Assembly: GCA_013372925.1 (NCBI GenBank)
Contig: JABXIV010000061.1
Coordinates: 1 to 59,651, forward strand
DNA from: Alphaproteobacteria bacterium
Lineage (GTDB): Bacteria; Pseudomonadota; Alphaproteobacteria; Sphingomonadales; Kordiimonadaceae
DNA length: 59,651 bases
Reading direction: 5' to 3'
Shown: positions 1 through 10,318 of the stretch, piece by piece
How the letters are laid out: every line of letters begins with the position of its first letter
Numbering within the stretch: the stretch's first letter is position 1
The notes under the pieces: model-generated
Database searches by the model: none
What the model saw: only the letters and a program-made list of their open reading frames with translations
What the model was told of the DNA's origin: nothing
Program-made: the position numbers and the translations under genes

Positions 1-450
1 CCTGCAAAGCAATGGGAACTGACCGAAAAGGCGGATGTATATTTCCAGGATGCCCACAGAGACCTGTCGCTGGACCTTATAGACAGCGTCAAATCCCTGT
101 TTGGTGACGAAGGAATGAACCGCCTGATTGAACATCGGACCCAAAAACAGCGGCAGCGTTATGAAGGCGCTTCTTCAGCAAATTGTAGCTTGAAACAAAA
201 GCTGAAAAACATCGCTGCGGAGCGCAGCAAAGAAGGCTACATGGCTGAGGTGCAGGAAACGGACGGCAACTTTATACTTCTTGAAAACCACTGCCCCATT
301 TGCGAAGCAGCCAAAGCCTGTAGCGGGCTATGCAAAGAGGAGTTGGAACTATTCCAGAGCATGCTGAAGGATACAGCTACTGTCGAAAGAACAGAACACT
401 TGCTAAGTGGCGGCAAACGCTGCGCCTACAAGGTTGTTCCGAAAAGATAA
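1..450 (+). CDS. ArsR/SufR-like HTH transcriptional regulator, C-terminal part (5'-truncated)
   Basis: Frame is open from base 1 (PAKQWELTEKADVYFQDAH...). C-terminal ENHCPIC-x5-C-x3-C...RC pattern is typical of SufR-like regulators. Confidence 0.7.
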   Translation, partial: PAKQWELTEKADVYFQDAHRDLSLDLIDSVKSLFGDEGMNRLIEHRTQKQRQRYEGASSANCSLKQKLKNIAAERSKEGYMAEVQETDGNFILLENHCPICEAAKACSGLCKEELELFQSMLKDTATVERTEHLLSGGKRCAYKVVPKR

Positions 451-458
451 GGAAAGCT

Positions 459-962
459 CTAGCCAAGACGCTGGCGGAGCGCCTTCAGGTCGGCAAGAAC
501 AGCTTTCAATGAAGTAGCGCTTTTTTCCTCAACCGGGCTATCCGACTCCTTCATAGAAGAAACAACATTTTCCTCTGCTACGCTGTCTTTGGGCTCAGCA
601 GAAACCTGTTCGCCAACTTCTATTTCCAACGCTTCCTGAATAGTCGTTTTCAGGCCTTGGGCTTTGAAAAGCTTCTGAACACCACGAATGGTATAGCCAT
701 CCGAATGCAGCAATTTCTTGATAGCCCGCAAAAGCGTAACATCGTCTGGTCGATAATAACGACGATTGCCACCCCGCTTCAGCGGCTTAATTTGCGTAAA
801 TTTACTCTCCCAGAAACGGAGAACGTGTTGTGGCAGGTCCAGTTCATCTGCCACTTCAGAAATGGTGCGGAATGCTTCTCGCCCCTTCCCACCTCGTGGG
901 CGGTCGAGATCTGACGCAGTATCACTCACAACCGGCTCCTTTAAGCTCGAAACAGGCGTCAC
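459..962 (-). CDS. MerR-family transcriptional regulator
   Basis: [22 protein letters not shown]...[10 protein letters not shown] MerR HTH. Start overlaps the ihfA stop, matching conserved alphaproteobacterial synteny. Confidence 0.9.
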   Translation of the reverse strand: MTPVSSLKEPVVSDTASDLDRPRGGKGREAFRTISEVADELDLPQHVLRFWESKFTQIKPLKRGGNRRYYRPDDVTLLRAIKKLLHSDGYTIRGVQKLFKAQGLKTTIQEALEIEVGEQVSAEPKDSVAEENVVSSMKESDSPVEEKSATSLKAVLADLKALRQRLG

Positions 963-1249
963 GCGTTGATACGGTCTTTCATCACCTGACTTGGGCGAAA
1001 CACAAGGACACGCCGAGGATCGATAGGAACTTCTTCACCAGTCTTGGGGTTCCGCCCCATGCGACCATTTTTCTGGCGCACAAGGAAACTACCGAAAGAG
1101 GAAATTTTCACATTGTCACCAGCAACAAGGCTGTCTGAAATTTCGTCAAGAACGGCTTCAACAAGGTCAGCAGATTCGTTTCGGGAAAGCCCGACTTCTT
1201 CGTAGACCGCTTCCGTCAGATCAGCACGAGTTAGTGTGTTATCGCTCAT
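959..1249 (-). CDS. ihfA: Integration host factor subunit alpha
   Basis: [28 protein letters not shown] and RRVLVFRPS motifs. ATG at 1249 is preferred over the ORF-track start. Confidence 0.95.
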   Translation of the reverse strand: MSDNTLTRADLTEAVYEEVGLSRNESADLVEAVLDEISDSLVAGDNVKISSFGSFLVRQKNGRMGRNPKTGEEVPIDPRRVLVFRPSQVMKDRINA

Positions 1250-1422
1250 GTTCTGCCCCCTACTGGTGAATAGGCACATTACCTGTCTTTAAAAAAGCTA
1301 AAGCAAGCTTTTAAAGGAGTCAACGCAGCAAGCGGCTTTTAGCCAATATTTAGAAGGGTTTATACAAAAAACCTTATAATTTGGGCCAATTCTCAGCTGT
1401 TTCGCACTATTTTGCGCAACAA

Positions 1423-2466
1423 TCAGCCTTCCCCAGCGGCAGCCTCATCATCTGCAATACGCTGAAGGTCGTCCCCGATCAGGCGAATCAGGTCATTTTG
1501 CGCCATATCGATTGCAGACGTGACAGCTGACGCAAATCCATGCGCGTTTGCGCCACCATGGCTTTTCATCACCAAACCATTCAAGCCAAGGAAAACGCCG
1601 CCGTTGTGGTTGTTAGGATCAAGGTGATCCCGCAACGACCGCAACCCGTGACGGGCCAGAAGGTAACCAAGTTTGGTCGATACCGAAGACTTGAAGGCCC
1701 GACCAAGCAGGTCTGTCACCAAGCGCGCTGTACCTTCGGCCGTTTTCAGGGCAACATTCCCTGTAAAACCATCAGTTACCACAACGTCAACCTCGCCGGT
1801 CGCAATATCGTTGCCTTCAACGAAACCAACAAAATCAAGCGGCAAGTGCGTTGATGCCTTCAGAACATCGGCTGCCGCTTTGATACTGTCTTTGCCCTTG
1901 AGGTCTTCGACACCGACGTTCAACAGCGCCACTGTCGGCTTGCTAAGGCCCAGCACTGTGCGAACATACGCAGCACCCATAATGCCGAACTGCACAAGGT
2001 TATTTGAGTCGCATTCAACGTTTGCCCCCAAGTCGAGCATTACACTTTCGCCGCGGAGCGTAGGAAGCGGGGAAATAAGCGCTGGACGGTCAATGCCAGG
2101 CATTGTCCGAAGCAAAAATTTGGCAAGGGCCATCAAGGCGCCGGTATTACCGGCCGAGATCGCAACATCCGCAGTGCCGTCCTTAACCGCCTGGATAGCC
2201 AGCCCCATAGAAGACTGCCGCCCTTTTCTCAAGGCCTGCGAAGGCTTCATGTCAGACGAAACAACATCATCGGTGTGCACTACTGTGCTGGCGGCCAACA
2301 ATTCCGTATGTTTTTCGAGAAGCGGCTTAATCCGGGCTTCATCGCCAAAAACCAGAAACTGTGTGCCGGGAAAGAATGTCCGAGCCTGAGCAATGCCTTC
2401 AATGACCATATCTGGTGCATGGTCGCCCCCCATGGCATCGACGGCGATCGTTATTTGTTTTGCCAC
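1423..2466 (-). CDS. plsX: Phosphate acyltransferase PlsX
   Basis: IAVDAMGGDHAP, SAGNTGA, DLGAN, VVTDGFTGNVALKTAEG and KSHG motifs. Confidence 0.97.
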   Translation of the reverse strand: MAKQITIAVDAMGGDHAPDMVIEGIAQARTFFPGTQFLVFGDEARIKPLLEKHTELLAASTVVHTDDVVSSDMKPSQALRKGRQSSMGLAIQAVKDGTADVAISAGNTGALMALAKFLLRTMPGIDRPALISPLPTLRGESVMLDLGANVECDSNNLVQFGIMGAAYVRTVLGLSKPTVALLNVGVEDLKGKDSIKAAADVLKASTHLPLDFVGFVEGNDIATGEVDVVVTDGFTGNVALKTAEGTARLVTDLLGRAFKSSVSTKLGYLLARHGLRSLRDHLDPNNHNGGVFLGLNGLVMKSHGGANAHGFASAVTSAIDMAQNDLIRLIGDDLQRIADDEAAAGEG

Positions 2467-2583
2467 GTATTTTTTCCAGTCTTACGCGTTGGTTTCGCGA
2501 GTTATTATACGGCTTGGCATCCAACCCTCAAGATGCATTCAGCCACCTTCAAGTGGTAGACCATAGCGATTTTGCACTTCACT

Positions 2584-3132
2584 TCAAGATTCGTCGCGTG
2601 TTTTTGCCAGCACTGCGAATGGATTGGGTCGTTCAAGCTCTGGCTCATTCGTTGAAATGCCGGGCTTTTTCCCCACTTCAAGCTCCGCCCCTTCTGCACG
2701 CGGATAAGGGTTCATCGATATGGAAAGTGTCTGCGCAAGAATTTCGCCAAGAGGAATAATATCGCCCTCCAGCGCATCGTAGTCCGGGGCGTCCGCGTCA
2801 AGGTACACGCCTTCGTCGTCCATCCTGTCAGCCATCTCTGGATCAACCAACATGAGGTCAAAGCTTGTTTCCAGGCTTTCCTCAACAGGCTTCAGAGAGG
2901 CTATGCAGCGCTGTGTGAATTTGGCAGCAAGTTGGCCATGCACATGCACACCTTCATCTTTGCCCGCATCCCTAACCGAGAGAGTCCCTTGAAGGCTATC
3001 TATCGCAATCAGGTCAAAGCGTTCAGCAAGTGCTTTGCACTCATCTTCCGTCGCCACGAGCGAAAATTCTTTTGCTTCGCGTTCCGTTTCAGAAACCTTG
3101 ATTGTAAAAGCCAATGAATGGTGTTCAGTCAT
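2584..3132 (-). CDS. YceD/DUF177 family protein
   Basis: Q.C..SL.PV, YPRAEGA and NPFAVL motifs, located upstream of plsX. ATG at 3132 sits 1 nt after the upstream stop. Confidence 0.85.
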   Translation of the reverse strand: MTEHHSLAFTIKVSETEREAKEFSLVATEDECKALAERFDLIAIDSLQGTLSVRDAGKDEGVHVHGQLAAKFTQRCIASLKPVEESLETSFDLMLVDPEMADRMDDEGVYLDADAPDYDALEGDIIPLGEILAQTLSISMNPYPRAEGAELEVGKKPGISTNEPELERPNPFAVLAKTRDES

Positions 3133-3133
3133 C

Positions 3134-3682
3134 TTATTTGCCTTTCGCAGGAAGATGTATATCCGGGAATTCGAAGTTAGAAGCAACAACATCGGGCTGC
3201 GGCACAGACTTCAATTTTTGCAGCGACTCCAGCATATATCCAGCAATCGCCTCCGCATGTGGGGCATCCTCTGATTTATACAGGTTCTTGGCCACAGCAA
3301 TTGAAAGCTCTTTTAACGGAGAATCCGACTTGATAGCCGCCGTATAGGCCTTAACCCGCCCGAACCAAGCGGCGCCCATTTTTTTTACTTCTTTCCCGAT
3401 AGACATGTCCCCGACACCCATTTCCCTGAGCGAACGATCCATATCTGAAAAAAGAGCTTCCTGAACAAAACGCCGAATCTTCTTTGTGCCCACAGCCTCA
3501 CCAGCAAGGCGATGGTCTAAAACGAACATATGCAACAAGATCATGTCAAAACGGCCATCCATGTCATCAGACACACCAAATTCCGTATAAAACACCGGAT
3601 TTCGAGCCTGCCCCACAAGCTTGCCATACAGTTTATAGCCCTGTTCTTTTTGCCGGTAACCCGGGAAAAGCCGCGCAAACAT
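3134..3682 (-). CDS. Ubiquinol-cytochrome c chaperone (Cbp3/UQCC1 family)
   Basis: QAR.PVFY, DGRFDM..LH and DMDRSLREMGVGDMSIGK motifs. Strong SD (GAAGGAG) precedes ATG 3682. Confidence 0.9.
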   Translation of the reverse strand: MFARLFPGYRQKEQGYKLYGKLVGQARNPVFYTEFGVSDDMDGRFDMILLHMFVLDHRLAGEAVGTKKIRRFVQEALFSDMDRSLREMGVGDMSIGKEVKKMGAAWFGRVKAYTAAIKSDSPLKELSIAVAKNLYKSEDAPHAEAIAGYMLESLQKLKSVPQPDVVASNFEFPDIHLPAKGK

Positions 3683-3845
3683 GGCGTCTCCTTCTTGTTG
3701 CCTCATTTGTCATACACTTATGAAACAACATTTTTTGTGTAAAATTACGGCGTGCTCTATCACGGAGCCTTGCGCCGCGCAACGGCGACCGTTATTAAAG
3801 CACATGAAGTTTAATCCGCACTTTGCCGGAAAGTAGGAATACCAG

Positions 3846-4340
3846 ATGAAATATACCATGCTCGCGAAACAAGCAAAACCAATTGCCCTATGCCTTGTGG
3901 CAGGCCTGGCCCTGTCAGCTTGCGGCAATTCCCGCATGGTTCGCGGTTATATTTTCGACAAGGAATTGGCCGACGCTATTCAGCCAGGTGTAGATAATAG
4001 GCAGTCTGTAGAATCAACATTGGGCACGCCAACTGTACGTGCATCCTTTGATGACAACACGTGGTATTATATCTCTACGACGGTTCGTATTCGCCCCGTA
4101 TTCTGGCCGGATGCAAAGGGGCATCGTGTTATGGCTGTCGCCTTTAACGACAGTGGTGTTGTTTCCGATGTCAAAAACTACGGCCTGAATGACATGCGGA
4201 AGATTAACCCCGTAGACGATGAAACGCCCACTAAAGGCCGCCATCTCAACTTCTTCCAACAAATCTTCGGTGGTGTAGGCCGCTTTGCTGGCTCTGCTCC
4301 GGTTGGTACACAAACCGACCGCCGCAGCCCGAACGGCTAA
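3846..4340 (+). CDS. bamE: Outer membrane protein assembly lipoprotein BamE (SmpA/OmlA)
   Basis: Lipobox LSAC, then V...LGTPT and WYYIS motifs. Divergent from the Cbp3 gene, as in other alphaproteobacteria. Confidence 0.88.
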   Translation: MKYTMLAKQAKPIALCLVAGLALSACGNSRMVRGYIFDKELADAIQPGVDNRQSVESTLGTPTVRASFDDNTWYYISTTVRIRPVFWPDAKGHRVMAVAFNDSGVVSDVKNYGLNDMRKINPVDDETPTKGRHLNFFQQIFGGVGRFAGSAPVGTQTDRRSPNG

Positions 4341-4365
4341 GTACTCAGCGATACAACACCTAAAA

Positions 4366-4400
4366 GAAAAAGCCCCGGCAACACCGGGGCTTTCTGTTTT
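4366..4400. terminator. Bidirectional intrinsic terminator between bamE and hppA
   Basis: AAAGCCCCGG-caaca-CCGGGGCTTT hairpin with A and T tracts on either side, between convergent genes. Confidence 0.85.
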
Positions 4401-4414
4401 TATGCGAACAATGC

Positions 4415-6502
4415 CTAGTGCGCCAGCATAGCCAGCAACAAGAGCGCCACGATATTCGTGATCTTGATCATCGGGTTTACAGCAGGCCCCGCCGTGTCCT
4501 TGTACGGATCACCAACAGTATCGCCGGTCACCGCAGCCTTGTGGGCTTCAGAGCCTTTACCACCATGGTTTCCATCCTCGATGTACTTTTTGGCATTATC
4601 CCACGCACCACCACCGGCTGTCATGGAAAGTGCTACAAAGAGGCCGCCAACAATCACACCAAGAAGAAGCGCACCCACTGCCGAGAAGGCAGCGGCTTGC
4701 CCAGCAATTGCATCGATCACAAAATAGGTAACGATCGGTGCTGCAACAGGCAAAAGGCTCGGCACCACCATTTCTTTGATGGCTGTTTTGGTAAGCAAGT
4801 CAACTGACTTAGCGTAATCCGGCTTGCTGGTACCTTCCATAATGCCAGGATTGTCACGGAACTGTGCCCGCACTTCTTCAACCACTTCACCACCGGCACG
4901 GCCAACGGCTGTCATGCCCATTGCGCCGAACAGATAAGGCAACAGCGCCCCAAGAAGCAGCCCAACAACCACATATGGATTAGAGAGACTGAAGTCTACT
5001 GGGACATCACTGAAGAACTTATCCAGGTCGGCTGTATAAGCACCAAAGAGCACAAGTGCTGCAAGACCAGCGGAACCAATCGCATAGCCCTTGGTCACAG
5101 CTTTGGTAGTGTTGCCTACAGCATCCAATGCATCTGTGCGGTTACGAACTTCTTCGTCCAGACCAGCCATCTCGGCAATGCCGCCAGCGTTGTCTGTTAC
5201 AGGGCCATAGGCATCAAGTGCCACAACCATGCCTGCAAGCGCCAGCATTGCTGTTGCTGCAAAACCAAGCCCCAGAACGCCCGCAAGACTATAAGCCACA
5301 ATAATACCGCCACAAATCACGATGGCAGGTAGTGCTGTTGCCTCAAGGGAGATTGCTAGGCCCTGGATTACGTTTGTCGCGTGCCCTGTCTCTGATGCCT
5401 TCGCGATCGACCGCACAGGACGGTACTCGGTGCTGGTGTAATATTCCGTTATCCAGATGATCACACCAGTGACCACAAGGCCTACCAAGCCGCAATAGTA
5501 AAGCGACCTGCCAGAGAACTCAGCTCCGGCAGTGGCAAACGTACGGTTCATATCACCGCCAAGTGCCCACTCCATTGCAAACCACATCACAATGGCTGAT
5601 AGCACCGCAGTGACGATAAAGCCCTTATAGAGAGCGCCCATGATGGACTGTTTTGCCCCCAGTTTTACGAAGAATGTGCCCACGATCGATGTCAGGATAC
5701 ATACACCCCCAATAATGAGAGGCAAGGCCATGATATCCGCTGCGCCGCTCGTAAGGAACAGTGCCGACAAGACCATTGTGGCACCAACTGTCACCACATA
5801 AGTCTCGAAAAGGTCAGCTGCCATACCGGCACAGTCACCAACATTGTCGCCTACATTGTCTGCGATAACGGCGGGATTGCGCGGATCATCCTCAGGAATA
5901 CCAGCTTCCACCTTGCCTACAAGGTCAGCTCCGACATCAGCACCTTTGGTGAAGATACCGCCGCCCAAACGCGCAAAGATGGAGATCAGTGATGCCCCAA
6001 AGCCAAGTGCGACGAGTGCGTCAATCACAGACCGTGAAGTCGCCTCATGACCCAGTGGCCCTGTGAGGATGGTATAATAACCAGCTACCGCCAATAGAGC
6101 CAACCCGGCAACCAACATGCCTGTTACAGCACCCGAACGGAAGGCAATCGTCAGGCCAGCCTGTAGGCTGTTGCTTGCCGCTTCTGTTGTGCGAACATTC
6201 GCCCGAACCGAAATCAGCATGCCGATATAGCCTGCAACGCCAGAAAGGATAGCACCAATCAGGAAACCAATTGCGGCCAATTGACCGATCACAAAAAACA
6301 AGGCAATCGCCACCACAACGCCAACCATGGCGATCGTGCGATACTGTCGATTTAGGTAAGCTTGAGCGCCAGCTTGAATAGCGCCCGCAATTTCTTGCAT
6401 TTTTTCACTGCCCGCGCTGGCAGAAAGAATAGATTGACGCGTTACAATGCCGTACAAAACGGCAGCAACACCGCATGCAATCGCGGCGTACAATACTTCC
6501 AT
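4415..6502 (-). CDS. hppA: Membrane-bound H+-translocating pyrophosphatase, K+-independent type
   Basis: [35 protein letters not shown] and [10 protein letters not shown] motifs. GNTTKA (Lys) is the K+-independent signature. Confidence 0.95.
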   Translation of the reverse strand: MEVLYAAIACGVAAVLYGIVTRQSILSASAGSEKMQEIAGAIQAGAQAYLNRQYRTIAMVGVVVAIALFFVIGQLAAIGFLIGAILSGVAGYIGMLISVRANVRTTEAASNSLQAGLTIAFRSGAVTGMLVAGLALLAVAGYYTILTGPLGHEATSRSVIDALVALGFGASLISIFARLGGGIFTKGADVGADLVGKVEAGIPEDDPRNPAVIADNVGDNVGDCAGMAADLFETYVVTVGATMVLSALFLTSGAADIMALPLIIGGVCILTSIVGTFFVKLGAKQSIMGALYKGFIVTAVLSAIVMWFAMEWALGGDMNRTFATAGAEFSGRSLYYCGLVGLVVTGVIIWITEYYTSTEYRPVRSIAKASETGHATNVIQGLAISLEATALPAIVICGGIIVAYSLAGVLGLGFAATAMLALAGMVVALDAYGPVTDNAGGIAEMAGLDEEVRNRTDALDAVGNTTKAVTKGYAIGSAGLAALVLFGAYTADLDKFFSDVPVDFSLSNPYVVVGLLLGALLPYLFGAMGMTAVGRAGGEVVEEVRAQFRDNPGIMEGTSKPDYAKSVDLLTKTAIKEMVVPSLLPVAAPIVTYFVIDAIAGQAAAFSAVGALLLGVIVGGLFVALSMTAGGGAWDNAKKYIEDGNHGGKGSEAHKAAVTGDTVGDPYKDTAGPAVNPMIKITNIVALLLLAMLAH

Positions 6503-6681
6503 GGGAAACTCCCTCCCTTAACCAAACCCAATTACTTGAGCTTTACCGGGCGGCATTACTCCCCACTCGTCCGCCCTGCTCATTCATTCTAGTAGACAAA
6601 CCCCTAAAACTCCTGACACTAGGTCGGTCGATAATCACCTTAGAAAGCATTTCTGTCAGTTTCAACCATCTAAAACTGCCT

Positions 6682-6708
6682 CAGGCGCCGCAATGATTGC
6701 AGCGCCTG
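6682..6708 (-). terminator. Hairpin downstream of the FliL-like gene, possible terminator
   Basis: CAGGCGC.GCAA-tga-TTGC.GCGCCTG inverted repeat about 25 nt past the stop. The U-tract is weak. Confidence 0.45.
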
Positions 6709-6733
6709 GTAATAAACCGAGATTTTCCGCCAA

Positions 6734-7234
6734 TTAACGGGACAAACGCATGGTATTCAGGATCGAGATATTTTCCACAATGCCCTGCCCCACTACGGTC
6801 GCGGCCTTTTCCTTCAAAAGTTGAGCCACCTTGTCATGATCAAGCTGAAGCGGCGCGTCTTCGCGCATTAGATCTGCCTGACTAATGGCAGAAATAAAGG
6901 CATGTTGAAGCTGTGGCTCATAGCGCTTGATTAGAATCTGGTTATCGTTGCCCCGAACCTGAACAGACAAATCAACAAAATAGTTACCCACAAAGCGGCT
7001 GCTGTTTTCCGTTTTCATGTAGATCGGTACAGCGATCCTCTGGAATTCAACAGTTTGCAGCGGCCCTTTGGGTTTTGCCTTTTCTACAACCTCACCTTCA
7101 TCGGTTGGCGCGTTGCTTTTGAAATAGTAAAATCCCAAACCACCACCAATTGCAATGCCCCCTAGTAGCCCTAGCAACAAAAATACTTTGCCCGAACCAG
7201 AACCTGATTCCACGGATACATCATCTTGCGCCAT
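6734..7234 (-). CDS. FliL-like single-pass membrane protein
   Basis: N-terminal Gly-rich TM (LLGGIAIGGGLGFYYF), short charged linker, then a soluble domain with a FliL-like pattern (PQLQHAFI...LLKEKAATVVG). Confidence 0.6.
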   Translation of the reverse strand: MAQDDVSVESGSGSGKVFLLLGLLGGIAIGGGLGFYYFKSNAPTDEGEVVEKAKPKGPLQTVEFQRIAVPIYMKTENSSRFVGNYFVDLSVQVRGNDNQILIKRYEPQLQHAFISAISQADLMREDAPLQLDHDKVAQLLKEKAATVVGQGIVENISILNTMRLSR

Positions 7235-7257
7235 AATTTTTCTACCCTGAATATGAT

Positions 7258-8211
7258 TTAAAAATGTTGGTAGCCAGTTCTCGAAGTCTGCACCAATAGG
7301 CCTTCTTTATCAACAAGATGACAGCCGGGTGTACCCTTAATACGACCGATACAAGATAAACGCACCCCCAACCGATTGGAAACCAGACTGACTTTGGAAA
7401 GGTCTTCTGCTCGAACAGTGAACACAAGTTCGTAATCATCACCGCCGGCGAAAACACAAGGCCACTCGCCAGGATTCGCCCTCAACACTTCCTGGGCCGC
7501 CGCCGAAAGTGGCAGGTCGCCTTGTCGAACCTCCGCCCCCACATCTGAAGCCTCACAAATATGCCCAAGATCTGCTAGCAGACCATCAGAAACATCTGCG
7601 CAAGCTGTTGCCAACCCTAAGAGCGCTTGCCCAAGCGCCATCTGAGGTTCAGGACGCAAATAGCGCTGAACAAGGTCTTCAGATACCGGCAACTCACCTA
7701 CTACAGATTTCAACCCAAGCGATGCATCCCCAAGTGTTCCGGAAACAAAGACCAAGTCACCAGCGCGCGCGCCTGCCCGTTTGATCATCCTTCCTTTTGG
7801 AACAACACCCGCAGCCGTAATGCTTACGATAACGGGCCCCGGACTTGCCGTTGTATCGCCACCCGCCAAGGAAATACCAAACTTATCCTGACTTCTTTTG
7901 AGCCCAGCCGTAAAATCCGCCACCCAGCTTTCTTCAGCCTGCTTCGGCAGGGCCAAACCAAGCCAATAATGAAGGGGCTTAGCCCCCTTCGCCGCAAGAT
8001 CGGACAAATTGACCGCCAATGCTTTCTCGGCAATCGAAGACGGTGCTTCATCCCCAACGAAATGAATTTTCTCAATCAGCAGGTCTTTGGTGACGATCAG
8101 GTCCATACCGGGCGGCGGACTGACACAGGAAGCATCATCCACCAGCTCAAGCCCTTCGGCTCCCGCTAGTGGACGAAAATATTTGGCGATCAGATCAAAT
8201 TCACCGGCCAT
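7258..8211 (-). CDS. thiL: Thiamine-monophosphate kinase
   Basis: EFDLI, DDA, NLSDLAAKGA, GGDT, DVSDGL and GGDDYEL motifs. Follows nusB. Confidence 0.95.
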   Translation of the reverse strand: MAGEFDLIAKYFRPLAGAEGLELVDDASCVSPPPGMDLIVTKDLLIEKIHFVGDEAPSSIAEKALAVNLSDLAAKGAKPLHYWLGLALPKQAEESWVADFTAGLKRSQDKFGISLAGGDTTASPGPVIVSITAAGVVPKGRMIKRAGARAGDLVFVSGTLGDASLGLKSVVGELPVSEDLVQRYLRPEPQMALGQALLGLATACADVSDGLLADLGHICEASDVGAEVRQGDLPLSAAAQEVLRANPGEWPCVFAGGDDYELVFTVRAEDLSKVSLVSNRLGVRLSCIGRIKGTPGCHLVDKEGLLVQTSRTGYQHF

Positions 8212-8239
8212 AAGCTTTTGCCTTTCGCCGGAAAGCCTA

Positions 8240-8707
8240 TTAGCTGCGAACAGCCTTTGCAAACTTGTCGAGCACACCATTCACGAAGGAGGCTTCCGTG
8301 CGCTCATAAAAACCATGCGCCACATCAACATACTCGTTGATGATGACAGCGGTTGGCACATCAGGGCGCGCAGTGAGTTCATAACCACCCGCGCGGAAAA
8401 TCGCATGGATCAGTGTTTCCAAACGCTCCAACGGCCAATCAGACGACAGACAGCCTGTGAGCGTCTCGTCAATTTCAGAACGACGTTCCCACGCACCCAG
8501 CACCACATCGCCGAACAGATCTTTGTCGGCATCCACATACTGGTCGCCTTCAATTTCAGCACCCAGACGGTGCTTTACATATTCCTCAACAACAAGCTTC
8601 GCCTTTGGCTCATCTGACATCGCAAGTTGATACAGCGCCTGAACAGCTGCCAATCGTGCCGCGCTGCGTGGCCCGCCTACTTTTTTAGTGTTCTTTTGTG
8701 CGGACAT
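8240..8707 (-). CDS. nusB: Transcription antitermination factor NusB
   Basis: RSAARLAAVQALYQ, VIINEYVDVA and FVNGVLD motifs. Confidence 0.96.
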   Translation of the reverse strand: MSAQKNTKKVGGPRSAARLAAVQALYQLAMSDEPKAKLVVEEYVKHRLGAEIEGDQYVDADKDLFGDVVLGAWERRSEIDETLTGCLSSDWPLERLETLIHAIFRAGGYELTARPDVPTAVIINEYVDVAHGFYERTEASFVNGVLDKFAKAVRS

Positions 8708-9147
8708 TACTCTACTCCAAAACTCTGCTTCAGTCCGATCATGGCCAACGCCGCTTCAGCTGCCCCGCCACCTTTGTTTTTCTGGTCGCGCTTTGCACGT
8801 GCCCATGCCTGATCCCAGTCTTCAACGGTCAGAATGCCATTGCCGATTGCCAAGTTTTCATTGATGGCCAGATCCATCAAGGCACGAGCAGATTCACCGC
8901 ACACATAATCATAGTGTGTTGTTTCACCGCGGATCACACAGCCAAGCGCCACAAAGCCGTCAAAGTGGGTTTTCTGGCCTGCATGCGCAAACTTGATCGC
9001 AGCAGGTATTTCCAGGGCCCCCGGAACATCATACCGGTCCCACGTGCAGTCGGCCGCCTCAATCGCCTCAATCGCACCTGCCACCAGTTCATCGGCGAGG
9101 TCGGCATAGAATTTTGCTTCAACAATAAGAATATGAGGCTTCGCCAT
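8707..9147 (-). CDS. ribH: 6,7-dimethyl-8-ribityllumazine synthase
   Basis: VPGALEIP, LGCVIRGETTHYDYV, NGILT and NKG motifs. Confidence 0.95.
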   Translation of the reverse strand: MAKPHILIVEAKFYADLADELVAGAIEAIEAADCTWDRYDVPGALEIPAAIKFAHAGQKTHFDGFVALGCVIRGETTHYDYVCGESARALMDLAINENLAIGNGILTVEDWDQAWARAKRDQKNKGGGAAEAALAMIGLKQSFGVE

Positions 9148-9210
9148 CGTTAGGTCCTTGATGAAATGTGCAGGCATACCTGCGATAATTTATCAGTAAC
9201 CGGCCGCTCT

Positions 9211-10314
9211 CTAGCCAGCGTCCGGGATTTTGCGCTGTTCTACGATATCAAGACCATACCCATCAAGCCCAACAATGTGACTTGGTGTGTTTGAATAAAG
9301 AATCATATGACGAACGCCGATATCCAGAAGAATTTGTGAGCCAAGGCCAATTTCCTTGAGCGCACCTTCTTTGCCGTCCCACTTCTGCCCAGTCAGCAAC
9401 TCTGATGGACGCACAGCAATCAACCCCGGAAACAGAACAACAACACCGTGTCCTTCCGCTTCAATAGCTTCCATCGCGCGGCTCAACTGGCCGCTGCGTG
9501 GATGATCCATCTCCAGCAAATCTTCAAAAGGATTCAGGGAATGCATGCGTACAGGCACAGGCTTGTTGCTATCAATATCACCCAGCACGAGAGCAACAGT
9601 CTCACGGCGATCCGCAGCCGAACGATATACGACTACCTTCCATGTCTTGCCGCTTTTGCGCTTCAACTCCGTCTCGGACGCACGCTCTACCAGCACATCA
9701 TTTTTCAGTCGGTAAGCAATCAGATCCCTGATTGTCGCAACCTTCAGACCATGCTCTTTAGCGAAAGGCACCAGATCAGGCAATCGCGCCATGGTGCCGT
9801 CGTCCTTCATGATCTCGCAGATCACAGCAGAAGGGTTCAAACCAGCAAGCCGTGAAATATCCACCGATGCCTCGGTGTGGCCTGCCCGCATCAATACGCC
9901 GCCATCCTGCGCCATCAGCGGGAACACATGGCCCGGCGTTGCCAGGTCGTCAGCGCCCTTGGAACTATCGATAGCAACCGAAATCGTGTGGGCACGATCC
10001 GCCGCCGAAATACCCGTTGTCACGCCCTGCTTCGCTTCAATAGAGACAGTGAAAGCTGTTTGGTTGCGGGCCTGATTATCGTTGCTCATTTGTGGCAACT
10101 TCAGCTCTTCGATGCGTTGGCGTGTCATTGGTAAACAAATAAGACCACGGCCATGCTTGGCCATGAAATTGATTGCATCCGGGGTCGCCATTTGCGCAGG
10201 GATAATCAGGTCCCCTTCATTTTCCCGATCTTCGTCATCCACAAGGATATACATGCGGCCATTGCGCGCGTCTTCGATGACATCTTCGATGGGCGACAGG
10301 AAACTCTCTGACAC
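9211..10314 (-). CDS. ribB: DHBP synthase fused to a degenerate GTP cyclohydrolase II-like domain (RibBX type)
   Basis: N-domain has [24 protein letters not shown] and RAGHTEA. The C-domain lacks the Zn-binding cysteines. GTG start at 10314. Confidence 0.9.
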   Translation of the reverse strand: MSESFLSPIEDVIEDARNGRMYILVDDEDRENEGDLIIPAQMATPDAINFMAKHGRGLICLPMTRQRIEELKLPQMSNDNQARNQTAFTVSIEAKQGVTTGISAADRAHTISVAIDSSKGADDLATPGHVFPLMAQDGGVLMRAGHTEASVDISRLAGLNPSAVICEIMKDDGTMARLPDLVPFAKEHGLKVATIRDLIAYRLKNDVLVERASETELKRKSGKTWKVVVYRSAADRRETVALVLGDIDSNKPVPVRMHSLNPFEDLLEMDHPRSGQLSRAMEAIEAEGHGVVVLFPGLIAVRPSELLTGQKWDGKEGALKEIGLGSQILLDIGVRHMILYSNTPSHIVGLDGYGLDIVEQRKIPDAG

Positions 10315-10318
10315 GGGC

